DNA of 64,000 nt from Candidatus Latescibacterota bacterium (GCA_965248355.1 OZ252098.1:3456001-3520000); one strand, 5' to 3'; positions 20,540-31,062 are shown, numbered from the stretch's first letter. Numbers and translations are program-made. Notes: a model not told the origin generated them from the sequence alone.

Positions 20540-22084
20540 TCAAGCCCAGATCGAGGCCATCGGCCAGGCGTCGAGGGATCGCAGGCGGCTGTTTGCCCCC
20601 TGGGACCGGAAGGAGACCCCGAGGCTGTCGCCGCGCTCCGGGTAGACCCGGGCGGCCACGCACTGGCGGCCGTTGACGAAGACCTCGACGACGCTCCGGT
20701 CGACGAAGACGCGCAGCTCCAGGGGCTCCTCCGGGGCCAGCCACACCGGGGCCGTCTCCGGGGCGCGGCAGGTCACGTCCGCGGCCACCGAGGAGTACGA
20801 CGTCTCCAGGGTGACCAGGCTCCGCCGGCCGCCGGCGCCGAAGCGGTCATGGAAGCCGCGCTCGCGGAAGAAGGCGATGCGGGTGTGCTCCTCCCGGTCC
20901 GGCGAGCGCAGCACGTTCATCTCCACCATGGGCGCGGTCACCGGATCGAGGCAGGCCCGCAGCTCGATGGCGTTGCCCCGCACCGAGTCGATGAGGACCT
21001 CCTCGTTGGCGGGCAGGTCCACGTCCTCCACGCGCACCCCGTCGCAGCGCAGCGACTCGACCGCGGCCACCGGCTCCATGGACAACTCGTCGCCGTCCAC
21101 GGTCAGCCGCCGGGGCAGGGTCATGATCTGGTTCCACCCCTTCGTCGGCTTGCCCGGGTTCATGTTGAAGATCACGATCAGCCCGCCCTCCCCGTCCGGC
21201 GTGGCCGACGGCGCGTGGACCCCGCAGGGGACGGAGGCGCCGAAGTTGAACTTGCCGCCGTGGGTGACGACGAACTTGTCGCGCCCGGTGTCGTAGTCGC
21301 CGAGGAGGTACTGGCCGCCGCTCATGTGGCTGAAGAACAGGAGCACATGGCGGTCGCCGATGGGCCAGAAGTAGGGACAGGCGCCGTCGTCGCCGACCAG
21401 GGTGTAGTGGTCGTCCTCGACGAAGGGATGGAGGTACTCCCAGTGCTCCAGATCGGGCGAGCGCAGCAGGAAGTTGGCGCGCACCGGCTTGCCGGCGGGG
21501 CCCGCCGGCCGCGTCCCGGCCGACAGCGAGTAGTAGTGATCGCCCTTCTTCCAGATGCAGGGGTCGAAGACCCGGTAGGGCAGGGCCGAGCCGTCGGGCG
21601 CCGTCATGGGGACCACGGCGCGGCCCCCGACCTTCTCCCAGTTCAGCAGCAGCGGATCGCTCGACACGGCGACCATGTTGCCCGCCTCGGTGCCGTGGTA
21701 CATGGCGATGACCCGGTCCTCCTCGACCCAGGTGGCGCCCGAGAAGCACTTGTCCTCCGGTCCGGGGTAGATGCAGTAGGGCAGGTCGCGCCAGTGGACG
21801 AGGTCGTCGGAGACCGCGTGGCCCCAGTGCTGGCGCGTGTCCTCCGGCGGATAGGCCTGGTAGAACAGGTGCCAGCGCCCCTGCCAGCGGCACAGGCCGT
21901 TGGGGTCGTTCAGCATCGCCTCGGGGTTGACGTAGTGGTAGAGGGGCCGGTGGCGGTCGCCCTCGTAGGAACGGCGGGCCTCGTGCAGCCGCTGCAGGAG
22001 CGGGTTGGCCGCCAGGGCCGCCTCCTGCCCGGACAGGGTGTCGGGGAAGGTGTACTTCGGTACGAGCGACGTGGTGCCGGTCAT
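20540..22084 (-). CDS. Glycoside hydrolase family 32-like protein with divergent catalytic motifs
   Basis: 'LNDPNG', 'WHLFYQ', 'WGHAVSDDLVHW', 'FSG', C-terminal 'LRVFVDRSVVEVFVNG'; start refined to ATG 22084. Confidence 0.85.
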   Translation of the reverse strand: MTGTTSLVPKYTFPDTLSGQEAALAANPLLQRLHEARRSYEGDRHRPLYHYVNPEAMLNDPNGLCRWQGRWHLFYQAYPPEDTRQHWGHAVSDDLVHWRDLPYCIYPGPEDKCFSGATWVEEDRVIAMYHGTEAGNMVAVSSDPLLLNWEKVGGRAVVPMTAPDGSALPYRVFDPCIWKKGDHYYSLSAGTRPAGPAGKPVRANFLLRSPDLEHWEYLHPFVEDDHYTLVGDDGACPYFWPIGDRHVLLFFSHMSGGQYLLGDYDTGRDKFVVTHGGKFNFGASVPCGVHAPSATPDGEGGLIVIFNMNPGKPTKGWNQIMTLPRRLTVDGDELSMEPVAAVESLRCDGVRVEDVDLPANEEVLIDSVRGNAIELRACLDPVTAPMVEMNVLRSPDREEHTRIAFFRERGFHDRFGAGGRRSLVTLETSYSSVAADVTCRAPETAPVWLAPEEPLELRVFVDRSVVEVFVNGRQCVAARVYPERGDSLGVSFRSQGANSRLRSLDAWPMASIWA

Positions 22085-22247
22085 CGGTCCTCGCGGGCGG
22101 GAGCGGGAGATAGGGGTCTGCCGGGGGGCGAAAGATCGGCACCGGCGCGCAGGTACTCCAGTCAAGGGTCGATCGAGCGGGCCGATCGAACGCCGTGGAA
22201 GCAGCCGCAACGTACATTTGCGGGCCGCCCATCCTGAGGAGAGGACG

Positions 22248-23102
22248 ATGATCGACTTCGAGCGCTCCCACTTCACCTGGAAGCACCGCCCGTGGACCCA
22301 CGACCCCCACTACCGCTACGCCGGCGGCTTCGTGGGCGAGGAGGGCCAGTCCTACCACGTGCGCTTCCGCCTGGAGGCCGGCTGCGAGATCCTCGACCCG
22401 GCCGCGGGGAAGGTCACCCGCCTCTACGCCGGCGCCCCGTGCCGCACCGAGTACACCATCGCCCGCCGCAACCTCTTCCAGGTGCCGAGCTCCGAGTGGC
22501 GCCTCGTCTTCAGCGACGAGGACCGCGTCGGCATCGCCCGGCGCCCCAGCTGGGAGCCGGAGCCGGGGGAGCGCAGCCCCCTGTCGGAGTCCTTCGCCGA
22601 GACCCGTCTGGACCTGCGGGAGCACGACCCGCACAGGGTGCTGGGCGAGGGCGGCGAGATCGTGAAGGCGACGCTGGCCGGCGACCTGATGAACGCGCGC
22701 TCCTCCTACGAGGACGAGGAGCGCGGCCTCACCGTCACCGTGGAGTACCCCGTGAACCTGATCAACATCCACGAGGAGGGCGGCGAGTTCCAGGTCTGTA
22801 CCGGCCCCGTGCTGCTGCCGGACCTGGCCACCTGGGACGGGACCGGCGTGTCGCGCGTGTTCCTCGCCGACGTGGCGATCACCGCCTTCGACCGGGTCGA
22901 GTTCATCCTGCGCCGGGAGGTGGAGGCGGCGGAGTCCGAGCGCGAGTGGCTCGACCGGCCCCGGGGCCGCGACCGCCAGGAGCTGTGGGATCCAGCGGTA
23001 CGGCCCGAGGGATATCCGGAGCCCCGCCCGAAGCCCACGGTCTACAACGAGATCTGGGAGCTGGAGGCGGCCAACGTGGTGCTCGCCGCGGCCAACGCCT
23101 AG
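22248..23102 (+). CDS. Hypothetical protein (284 aa)
   Basis: RBS GAGGAGAGG, ATG 22248, strong codon bias; no family recognised. Confidence 0.75.
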   Translation: MIDFERSHFTWKHRPWTHDPHYRYAGGFVGEEGQSYHVRFRLEAGCEILDPAAGKVTRLYAGAPCRTEYTIARRNLFQVPSSEWRLVFSDEDRVGIARRPSWEPEPGERSPLSESFAETRLDLREHDPHRVLGEGGEIVKATLAGDLMNARSSYEDEERGLTVTVEYPVNLINIHEEGGEFQVCTGPVLLPDLATWDGTGVSRVFLADVAITAFDRVEFILRREVEAAESEREWLDRPRGRDRQELWDPAVRPEGYPEPRPKPTVYNEIWELEAANVVLAAANA

Positions 23103-23108
23103 ATGGGC

Positions 23109-24116
23109 TTACTCCGGCTTGCGGGCGCCGATCAGATGGTAGTACCCGTGGCTGGCCGTGGACTCGAAGCCGACGAACCCCGCCGTGGCCAGCATCTCCT
23201 CGAGCTCGGCCAGGGTGTACTGCTTCCCCTTCTCGTGAAGCAGCATGGCCACCGAGAAGCAGGCCACGGTGAGCGGTCCGTCGCGGCCGTCGGCCAGGGG
23301 CATCTCGTGCAGGAGGATGCGGCCCCCCGGCTCCAGGGCCTCGAAGGCCCGGCGCGCCAGGCGCGCGCACGAGGCCGGATCCCAGTCGTGGAAGATGTTG
23401 CCGAAGAGGGCGGCGTCGTGGCCGGTGGGCAAGGGGTCCCGGAACATGTCGGCCGGGCAGGTGATCACGCGGTCGGCCAGGCCGTAGCCGGCGATGTTCT
23501 CCGCGGCGATGGCGCAGACCTCCGGCAGATCGAGGAGGGTGCAGCGCACCCCGGCATGGACCGCGGCGACCGCCGCCGACAGCGACCCCGAGCCGGCGCC
23601 CACGTCCAGAAGCCGGCGCACGCCGGCGAAGACCGGCTGCCGGGCCAGGCTGGCGGCGGCGGGCAGGGTCAGGGCGTGCATGCGGCCGATGAACTCGCGC
23701 ACCTCCGCGGGCGGGAGGGCCGCCATGGCCACGGCGAAGGGCGCCGGAGGTTCCCCGGAGCGGAAGGCGGCGCGAAGCTTCCGCAGGGTCGGGTCGTCCT
23801 CCGGACAGAGGCGGCGGCGGAAGGGGCTGGCCGGCAGCAGGTAGGTGCCCCCGAAGTCGGTCAGGGCGAAGCGGCCCCCGCCGTCATGACGGGCGAACCC
23901 GAGGGCGGCGGCGACGGCGACCATGGCCTCGGCGGCCCGGGGCGTCACCTCCAGGAAGCCGGCCACCTCCGGGATGGTGCGCGGCCCCTCCAGGAGCAGC
24001 TCGCACAGACCGGCCTCCTGGGCCAGGGCCGCCATGGGCGCGGCGAAGCGCTGGTACTGCAGGTCGTAGAGGGCGCGGTCGCCCACGGGCGGCGGAACTG
24101 GAAAGGTCCGGATCAT
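23109..24116 (-). CDS. SAM-dependent O-methyltransferase (Methyltransf_2 with dimerisation domain)
   Basis: 'LLDVGAGSG', 'LDLPEV', 'ADMFRDPLP', 'NIFHDW', 'LEPGGRILLHE'. Confidence 0.9.
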   Translation of the reverse strand: MIRTFPVPPPVGDRALYDLQYQRFAAPMAALAQEAGLCELLLEGPRTIPEVAGFLEVTPRAAEAMVAVAAALGFARHDGGGRFALTDFGGTYLLPASPFRRRLCPEDDPTLRKLRAAFRSGEPPAPFAVAMAALPPAEVREFIGRMHALTLPAAASLARQPVFAGVRRLLDVGAGSGSLSAAVAAVHAGVRCTLLDLPEVCAIAAENIAGYGLADRVITCPADMFRDPLPTGHDAALFGNIFHDWDPASCARLARRAFEALEPGGRILLHEMPLADGRDGPLTVACFSVAMLLHEKGKQYTLAELEEMLATAGFVGFESTASHGYYHLIGARKPE

Positions 24117-24256
24117 GAGCCAAACCTGGCTCCGCGAGGCGTGAGCAGCCAAGTCGGCGGTCCGGGGACCGATCCCGGCGCCGACCGCTGGGGATCCACG
24201 TCCGGGCGCCCGGCGCTGGCCGTCTCCCAGTCCCCGCCCCGAATCGGCCGCCTCCG

Positions 24257-25378
24257 GTGAAGATCCTCCACACCTCCTACGACGACCCCCGCAACCCGTG
24301 GCTCGGGGGCGGGGGCGCCACCCGCACCTTCGAGATCTGCCGGCGCCTCGCCGGCCGCCACGAGATCACCGTGGTCTGCGGTTCCTATCCCGGAGCCGCG
24401 CCCGAGGAGGAGCGCGACGGCCTGCGGGTCCTTCATCTCGGCAGTCCCCGGTCGTACGCCCTCAGCCGGCTCACCTGGTCGGCCCGCGCCAGCCGCTTCG
24501 TGGCGCGCTCCGATGCCGACCTGTGGGTCTACTCCTTCTCGGCCTTCGCCCCCCTGTGGGCCCCTGCCGAGCGCCGCCGCGCGGGCGTCCTCGAGTTCTT
24601 CCACCTCATGCAGGAGCACGCCACCCGCAAGCGCCCCGTCCTCGGGCTGCCGGCCGCCTCCATCGAGCGCGCCACCCTGCGCTCCTTCGATCACGTCATC
24701 GCCATCTCGCCGAGCGTCGCCGAGGGCCTGTCCTCCATCCGCGGCGGCCGGGGCCTCCACCTGGTCTACACCGGCGTCGACGACAGCTGCTTCGTGGAGG
24801 ATTCGACCGAAGGGGACTACATCCTCTACTTCGGCCGGCTCGACACCTACACGAAGGGGCTGGACCTGCTGTTGGAGGCCTTCGGGCGCGTTGGCCGCCA
24901 GCAGAGCCGGGCTCGCCTCGTGGTCGCCGGCCGCGGTACCCCGGAGCGAATCGCCGAGCTGAAGGCCCTGGCGCGGCGCACCGGGGTCGAGGAGCGCATC
25001 GAGTTCACGGGGCCGGTGCTGGCGGAGCGGAAGACGGATCTGTTCCGGCGGTCCCTGTTCAACATGGCGCCCTCCCGCTACGAAGGCTGGTGCATCGCCG
25101 CCGTGGAGGCCTCGGCCGCGGGCAAGGCGGTGGTGGGCACGCGCATCCCGGGCCTGATGGACGCCGTGCGCGAAGGCGAGACCGGACTGCTGGCCGGCCC
25201 CGAGGACGTGGAGGGGATCGCCCAGGCCATGCTGCGACTTCTGCGGGAGCCGGGGCTGCGCGCCGAACTGGGCGCCGCCGGCCGCCGCTGGGCGCAGAGC
25301 TTCCGCTGGGACCACATCGCCGCCGAGCAGGAGAAGGTCTACGAGGAGGTGGCCGCCGCCCGCGGCGCCGGAGCATAG
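24257..25378 (+). CDS. Glycosyltransferase family 4 protein
   Basis: 'LYFGRL...KGLDLLLEAF', 'PSRYEGWCIAAVEASAAGKAVV'. Confidence 0.92.
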   Translation: MKILHTSYDDPRNPWLGGGGATRTFEICRRLAGRHEITVVCGSYPGAAPEEERDGLRVLHLGSPRSYALSRLTWSARASRFVARSDADLWVYSFSAFAPLWAPAERRRAGVLEFFHLMQEHATRKRPVLGLPAASIERATLRSFDHVIAISPSVAEGLSSIRGGRGLHLVYTGVDDSCFVEDSTEGDYILYFGRLDTYTKGLDLLLEAFGRVGRQQSRARLVVAGRGTPERIAELKALARRTGVEERIEFTGPVLAERKTDLFRRSLFNMAPSRYEGWCIAAVEASAAGKAVVGTRIPGLMDAVREGETGLLAGPEDVEGIAQAMLRLLREPGLRAELGAAGRRWAQSFRWDHIAAEQEKVYEEVAAARGAGA

Positions 25379-25472
25379 GGCCGGCGGGAGGCTACTCTGG
25401 CCACTGGAGGGTCAGGAGCACCAGGCCCGCGAGGCACTCGGCGGCCGCAGGCGCCCTGGCCGCTGGGCGCGG

Positions 25473-26267
25473 TCAGGAGGTTTCCAGGCCCTCGAACAGG
25501 CCGCTCACCGGCATGGGCGGAAAGCTCCCCCGCAGGCCGCCCAGGGAGTAGTGCTCCACGGCCATCATGTGCGGCCGCTTCCCGACCTGGGCCCGCACCC
25601 TCTCCTCGGTCCCGAACTGCGAGGCGTGGGCGCAGATCGCCGCCAGCTTGCGCTCACGGTGGCGGCTGATGTCGATGGTGGCCGCCACCGAATCGCCCGA
25701 GACCCCGTGGAGATCGGCGTCCACGTCAGCCATGGGCGCGCCGGGTTCCTCCAGCGGATAGGCCGGGTAGTAGAGGCGCCGCGGCGCCGGCTGCACGACG
25801 CTGCCGGCCGACCAGAAGGCGGCGGCGGCGCCGCGGTGGATGGTGACGTGGTCGATGTGGGGATAGAGGCCGTGGGGGTCGAAGGTGAGCATCACCTCCG
25901 GCTTCAGATCGGCGATGATGGGCAGGATCTGCCGCTCGAGAGCGGTCACGTCCTGGTTCATCAGCGCCCGCGGATTCCGCCGCCCCACCTCGATGGGGAA
26001 ACCCGAGTCGCAGTGGTCCAGCCAGATGGGCGGGTGGATCCCCATGGCGGCGCAGGCCCGCTCCAGCTCCCCGGCCCGCAGCCGCCCCCGGGCCGCCCCC
26101 TTGGGGTAGCGGTCCGCGTCGATCCCGAGGTGGACGATCTCCCCCTCTTCCCCGCGGGTGGCGCAGACCAGATGGACGTCGTGCCCTTCGGCCCCGGCTC
26201 CGGCCAGGGTCCCCCCGCAGATGAAGGACTCGTCGTCGGGATGGGCGAAAATCGCAAGCAGGTTCAT
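25473..26267 (-). CDS. PIG-L family deacetylase (MshB/BshB-like)
   Basis: 'AHPDDE', 'ATRGEEG', 'YPHIDH', 'AHASQ'. Confidence 0.92.
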   Translation of the reverse strand: MNLLAIFAHPDDESFICGGTLAGAGAEGHDVHLVCATRGEEGEIVHLGIDADRYPKGAARGRLRAGELERACAAMGIHPPIWLDHCDSGFPIEVGRRNPRALMNQDVTALERQILPIIADLKPEVMLTFDPHGLYPHIDHVTIHRGAAAAFWSAGSVVQPAPRRLYYPAYPLEEPGAPMADVDADLHGVSGDSVAATIDISRHRERKLAAICAHASQFGTEERVRAQVGKRPHMMAVEHYSLGGLRGSFPPMPVSGLFEGLETS

Positions 26268-26270
26268 CGA

Positions 26271-26315
26271 TTGACCGATTGTATAGCGGTTCCGATCCGG
26301 GAGTACTATATATTG
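26271..26315. promoter_or_regulatory. AT-rich divergent promoter/operator region upstream of the TonB-dependent receptor
   Basis: AT-rich patch in ~70% GC context with imperfect dyad GTATAG-N19-CTATAT and TANNNT hexamers. Confidence 0.35.
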
Positions 26316-26395
26316 TGCTGCGTCCGCGCGGGGGACGCGCCGGACGCCAAGCTACGCAAGCAACCTTCGCACCGCTTCACAAGGGAGGCCCTCAG

Positions 26396-28453
26396 ATGAA
26401 GCGCACTTTTCTCCTCCTGCCGCTGCTGTCCGTCGCCATCGGCGCCGGACCGGTCGCGGCCGAAGATGTCTACGAGATGGAGGAGGTCATCGTCACCGGC
26501 TCCAAGCTGCCCCAGACGCCGGGGAACGTGACCCAGAAGATCTCCATCATCACCGTCGACGACATGGGCTCGCTGGTCCAGGGCAACGGCAACCTGGCGG
26601 AGCTCCTCTCGTACAGCCCGGGCAACTTCGCCAACGTCCTGTCCCGCAACGACGCCAACTGGGGCTCCTCCGGCGGCCTGGCCCACACCTACAAGGGCTA
26701 CATGCTCGACGGCCTGCCCATCGACGCTTTCGTCGATCTCCAGAGCCTCGACCCCTGGGCCTTCCAGCGCGTGGAGGACCAGCGCGGCTCCGCCTCCGTC
26801 CTCTATCCCACCTACCTGGCCATGGACTTCGCCGGCAACCAGTCGCCGCTGGCGGGCACGGCCAACTTCATCCTCAAGGAGCGGGTCCGCAGCACCCGCA
26901 CCCGCGCCTCGGTCTACGGCGGCTCCTACAGCACCGTGGGCGGGCGATTCTTCCACCAGCGCGCCGCCGGCAACCTGCACCTGTTCTTCGGCGGCCACCA
27001 CGAGGCCTCCGACTACACCTACTACGGCACCTTCGACGAGGACGGCAATAGAAACTCCTGGCTGAACATGCTCGAGGACGATTCCCCGAACTACGAGAAG
27101 ACCAAGATGTACATGCGGGGAACCTACTACCTCAACGACAGCGGCCAGCGGGTCTCCCTCTATGCCCACCGCACCTGGCACACCGGCGACGGCGGCCGCC
27201 CGAACCGGGACTTCGGCCACACCTACACCACCCTGAACGCCGGATACATCCACCCGGTCTCCGACAAGATCACCGCCCGCGCCAAGGTCGGCTACCGCGA
27301 CTACGTCCGTCGTTGGGAGGAAGACAACTTCGCTCGCGATTCGGTTGGGGTGGTCATCCCCGAGAGCCTCGCCCTGCGCTCCGAGGACGGCGTCGACCAG
27401 TCGGTGATGCCGGCCGATCTCTCCGTCTCCGTCATCACCCGCGAGTCGGACGTGCTCACCGTGGGCGCCGACTACCAACTCGCCTCGTACAAGAACACCT
27501 CGGAGGCGGGCGTTCTGAACACCAACAACGAGGGCACCGCCACCGGCCTGGGCCTCTACGCCCAGGAGGAGTTCCGGCTGAACAGCCTCACCCTGCGGGT
27601 CGGGGCACGCTTCACCAGCATCGCCCACGACATCGAGCTGTTGAGCGGCGCTCCTCCGGGAGAAGAGAGCAACTCCTGGAACAAGCTCCTCTCCAGCGCC
27701 GGGGCGCGCTACAACCACAGTGACGACCTGTCCGTTTACACCAATTTTGGCACCAGCTTCAAGGCTCCTTCCCAGAAGTCGGTGGGCGGCACCGTCCCCG
27801 TGGGTAGCACGGACAGCGGCCACCTGCCCAACCCGGACATCCTGCCGGAGTCGGGCACCAGCATCGACCTGGGGGTGAATTACCGGCCCATGGAGGACCT
27901 GCAGGTAGGCCTGCGGGGCTTCAACATCGTCATCGACGACCAGATCGTGCAGATAGAGGTAGAAGGCGCCCCCCAGTCGCAGGACATCAACGCTGGCAAC
28001 ACCGCCACGAACGGCGCCGAGTTGGAGGTCACCCACCGCCTTAGCGAGATGGTGGAGTGGTTCGCCAACTACACCTACACCAACGCCGAGGTGAAGGAGC
28101 ACGAGAACGAGGATCTGATCGGCGCCAAGATCAACTTCGTTCCCGAGAGGGTTATCGGCCTCGGCGTCCACCTGACCCTGGCCAAGGGCCTGCGGGCGAC
28201 GATCACGGCCCAGTCCTACAGCGGCATCTACTCGGATATCAGGAAGGATGATCCAAACAAGGACGATGACGACCCCCTCCCCGGGTACAACCTGGTGAAC
28301 GCCCGGGTCCAGTACGCCGTCAGCACCCAGGACGGGTACGATCTGACCCTCTTCCTCGAGCCCTACAACCTCACCAACCAGACCTTCGAGATGCCCTGGG
28401 GCTTCCAGGATCCCGGATTCTCGGCCAACGGCGGCCTGATGGTCAGCTTCTAG
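26396..28453 (+). CDS. TonB-dependent receptor (685 aa)
   Basis: Signal peptide, TonB box 'EEVIVTG', plug 'RGSASVLY', 'PNPDILPES', C-terminal Phe; RBS GGAGG. Confidence 0.92.
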   Translation: MKRTFLLLPLLSVAIGAGPVAAEDVYEMEEVIVTGSKLPQTPGNVTQKISIITVDDMGSLVQGNGNLAELLSYSPGNFANVLSRNDANWGSSGGLAHTYKGYMLDGLPIDAFVDLQSLDPWAFQRVEDQRGSASVLYPTYLAMDFAGNQSPLAGTANFILKERVRSTRTRASVYGGSYSTVGGRFFHQRAAGNLHLFFGGHHEASDYTYYGTFDEDGNRNSWLNMLEDDSPNYEKTKMYMRGTYYLNDSGQRVSLYAHRTWHTGDGGRPNRDFGHTYTTLNAGYIHPVSDKITARAKVGYRDYVRRWEEDNFARDSVGVVIPESLALRSEDGVDQSVMPADLSVSVITRESDVLTVGADYQLASYKNTSEAGVLNTNNEGTATGLGLYAQEEFRLNSLTLRVGARFTSIAHDIELLSGAPPGEESNSWNKLLSSAGARYNHSDDLSVYTNFGTSFKAPSQKSVGGTVPVGSTDSGHLPNPDILPESGTSIDLGVNYRPMEDLQVGLRGFNIVIDDQIVQIEVEGAPQSQDINAGNTATNGAELEVTHRLSEMVEWFANYTYTNAEVKEHENEDLIGAKINFVPERVIGLGVHLTLAKGLRATITAQSYSGIYSDIRKDDPNKDDDDPLPGYNLVNARVQYAVSTQDGYDLTLFLEPYNLTNQTFEMPWGFQDPGFSANGGLMVSF

Positions 28454-28457
28454 GTTC

Positions 28458-29528
28458 ATGTCCGCCGAGGTTTGCGGCCCCGCGGCGCCCTCCCGACCGG
28501 GAGCGGCCGCCGCGGGGCGTTTGTTTTTTCTCTCCCTCCTCCTCTCCGGCGGCCCCGCGGCCGCCGAAGGGGTGGCGGCCACCGACTTCCGCGGCAAGCG
28601 CATCGAGCTGGACAAGCCGGCCGAGCGCATCATCTGCCTGCTGGAAAGCGCCCTCACCGGCCTCTACATGCTCGGCGCCGAGGACCGGCTCGTGGGCATC
28701 TCCACCAACGTCTACCAGGGCAGCGTCTTCCCCTACTACGCGGCCATGGACGAGCGCATCCGCGAGCGCACCCTGGCGACGCCGGGCAACTGGGACTTCG
28801 TCAACATCGAGAGCATGGTGGCCCTGCAGCCCGACCTCGTCATCGTCTGGTCGGGGCAGGAGGAGTCGATCGCCGCCCTCGAGGAGAAGGGGATCCCCGT
28901 CTTCGGGGTCTTCATCGAGCGCTTCGAGGACATCCACCGGGAGATCACCGCCCTCGGCGAGCTCACCGGCACCCGCGAGCGCGCCGCCGAGCTCGTGGCC
29001 ATCGCCGAACAGGAGCTGGAGACGGTGCGCAACAAGCTCGCCCCCGTGGAAGGCGAGGCGCCCGACCCGCCGCGGGTCTACTTCATGTGGGCCCAGGGGC
29101 CGCTGCAGACGGCCGGCCGCAACAGCACGGTGCAGGAGCTGATCGATCTGGCCGGAGGCACCAATGTGGCCGCCGGCAGCGAGCTGGAGGCCCTGCTGGT
29201 GAACCTGGAGCACGTCCTGGTCTGGAACCCGGAGCTGATCGTCATGTGGTGCAACGACCGCCTCGGGCCGGGGGACCTGGACGAGATGGCCGGCTGGCGC
29301 TCCGTGGCCGCCGTGCGCGGCGGGCGGGTGCACGAGCTGCCCGATCCCTTCTCCTGCGACTTCTGGACCCTCAAGTACATCTTCACCGTCGATCTCGTGG
29401 CCCGCTGGAGCCATCCGGACCGGTTCCCGCGGGACGACGCCGAGACCCTGCGCGCCAGCCTGCTCAACAAGCTCTACGGGGGGCGCCTCGGGGAGCTGCC
29501 CCCCCTGCCCGGTTCGGACGGCGGCTGA
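28458..29528 (+). CDS. ABC transporter substrate-binding protein, BtuF/FecB (Peripla_BP_2) type
   Basis: 'TDFRGKRIELDKPAERII', 'NIESMVALQPDLVI', 'LIDLAGGTNVA', 'WNPELIV', 'AVRGGRVH'. Confidence 0.9.
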   Translation: MSAEVCGPAAPSRPGAAAAGRLFFLSLLLSGGPAAAEGVAATDFRGKRIELDKPAERIICLLESALTGLYMLGAEDRLVGISTNVYQGSVFPYYAAMDERIRERTLATPGNWDFVNIESMVALQPDLVIVWSGQEESIAALEEKGIPVFGVFIERFEDIHREITALGELTGTRERAAELVAIAEQELETVRNKLAPVEGEAPDPPRVYFMWAQGPLQTAGRNSTVQELIDLAGGTNVAAGSELEALLVNLEHVLVWNPELIVMWCNDRLGPGDLDEMAGWRSVAAVRGGRVHELPDPFSCDFWTLKYIFTVDLVARWSHPDRFPRDDAETLRASLLNKLYGGRLGELPPLPGSDGG

Positions 29529-29538
29529 GCCGAGGCAG

Positions 29539-31062
29539 ATGGCGGCCCCAACCGCCGACAGTCTGATCCGGACGGTCGCCGGCCACGCCGGCGCGGTTCT
29601 GGAGCGGTGCGCCGACCGTTACAGCGGCCGCGGCACGCCGATGCTGGCCGACCACATCGACCTGTCGACGGGGGAGCCGGAGCGCTGGGAGGGCCGCACT
29701 CTGTCCAACCTCGCTCGGCAGCAGCACTTCCTGCGGGTCCTGGCGGGGCTGGAAACGCTGGGCGAGGGCCGCTTCGGGGACGCGGCGAAGACCTGGATCG
29801 AGCACGCCCTGGGGGCCGTGACCGACAAGGGCGGCCTGCTCTACTGGGGCGGCCACTCCACGTACGGCCTGAACGAGGACGCGCCGCTGCCGGGGAACCA
29901 CGAGCTGAAGTGCGTCTACCCCTTCTACGACTATCTCTACCAGGTCGACCCCGAGCGCACCCGCCGCTTCGTGGAGGCCTTCTGGCAGCGGCACGTGTGG
30001 GACTGGTCGACCCTGCTCTTCAACCGCCACGGCGACTACGGACCGTGGGACCGGTCGCGGGTCTGGGAAGAGGCGGAGTTTTCCGGCGGGCCGTTGCCGA
30101 TCGTCGAGCAGACCGCTCTCTCCTTCATCAACACCGGCAGCGACCTGATCTACGCGGCGGCGGAGCTGTTCCGGCTCCACGGGGAGGAGCGGGCCCTGCG
30201 CTGGGCCGCGAACCTGATCTCCCGCTACGACCAGGTGAGACACCCCCGGACCGGGCTGGGCGCCTACCAGTTCAACCACCGCGAGCCCTGCCGGGTGCGC
30301 GAGTCCTTCAAGCCGCCCCTGGGCGAGCGGCCCGACGTCAACGAGGCGACGGTGCTCACCTCGGGGACGATCACCACCCGGGGCCAGCGGGCGGCCCTCA
30401 CCTTCCTGAACCTGTACGAGGGCCTCGGCGAGGATCACGGGCGGCCGTTCCTCGACGTGGCCCTGCGGGACCTGCGGGCCCTGAGGGACTACAGCTGGGA
30501 CGCCGCTCTGGGCTGCTTCCACCCGGTCCTCTACGACGGACAGCGGCTCCGCGAGCAGGACGCCGAACAGCGGGGCTACTGCCCGCCGGCCAAGCTGCTC
30601 AGGGTGCGGGCCGACGGCGGCGCCCTGCTGACCTGGGCCCGGGCTTACCGCGTCTCGGGCGACGAGGACATGCTGGAGATGACCGCGGCCGTGGCCGGCG
30701 CCATGGGCTGGACCGGCAAAGGGGGCGCGGTCGCCGTGCCGGCGGCGGGGGAGCCGACCCCCGATCCCACCTCCGCCGTCTTCGGCCTGCTCGATCTGCA
30801 CGAGGCCACCGGGGAGCCAGCCTACCTCGAAGCCGCTGCCGCCCTGGGCCAGGCCCTTGCGGCGGAACGGACGCGGGACGGGATGCTTGCCGGCAATCCG
30901 GCCGCCGCCGGAGCCGCCAGCCAGGACAACGTCCTGGCCCTGGCGCTGCTGCACTGCGCCGCGGCCCGGGACGGGCGGCGGGGCCTGATGCCGCCCTACT
31001 ACCCGGGCGGCAATCCGTGGGACCCGAAGATCGTGGTGCGCACGGTTTTGGGTCGTGTCTGA
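29539..31062 (+). CDS. Polysaccharide lyase family 2 (PelP/PelW-type pectate lyase)-like protein
   Basis: PL2-type motifs 'SNLARQQHFLR', 'LLYWGGH', 'HELK..YPFY', 'FW..HV.DW..L.FNRHG', 'LSFINTGSDLIYAA', 'TGLGAYQF'; no clear signal peptide. Confidence 0.75.
   Translation: MAAPTADSLIRTVAGHAGAVLERCADRYSGRGTPMLADHIDLSTGEPERWEGRTLSNLARQQHFLRVLAGLETLGEGRFGDAAKTWIEHALGAVTDKGGLLYWGGHSTYGLNEDAPLPGNHELKCVYPFYDYLYQVDPERTRRFVEAFWQRHVWDWSTLLFNRHGDYGPWDRSRVWEEAEFSGGPLPIVEQTALSFINTGSDLIYAAAELFRLHGEERALRWAANLISRYDQVRHPRTGLGAYQFNHREPCRVRESFKPPLGERPDVNEATVLTSGTITTRGQRAALTFLNLYEGLGEDHGRPFLDVALRDLRALRDYSWDAALGCFHPVLYDGQRLREQDAEQRGYCPPAKLLRVRADGGALLTWARAYRVSGDEDMLEMTAAVAGAMGWTGKGGAVAVPAAGEPTPDPTSAVFGLLDLHEATGEPAYLEAAAALGQALAAERTRDGMLAGNPAAAGAASQDNVLALALLHCAAARDGRRGLMPPYYPGGNPWDPKIVVRTVLGRV

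Noticed and set aside
26268..26395. Cobalamin riboswitch or Fur/NikR/ModE box upstream of the TonB receptor
   Set aside because: Region is short and lacks recognisable B12-box motifs; the dyad spacing does not match the consensus boxes I know.
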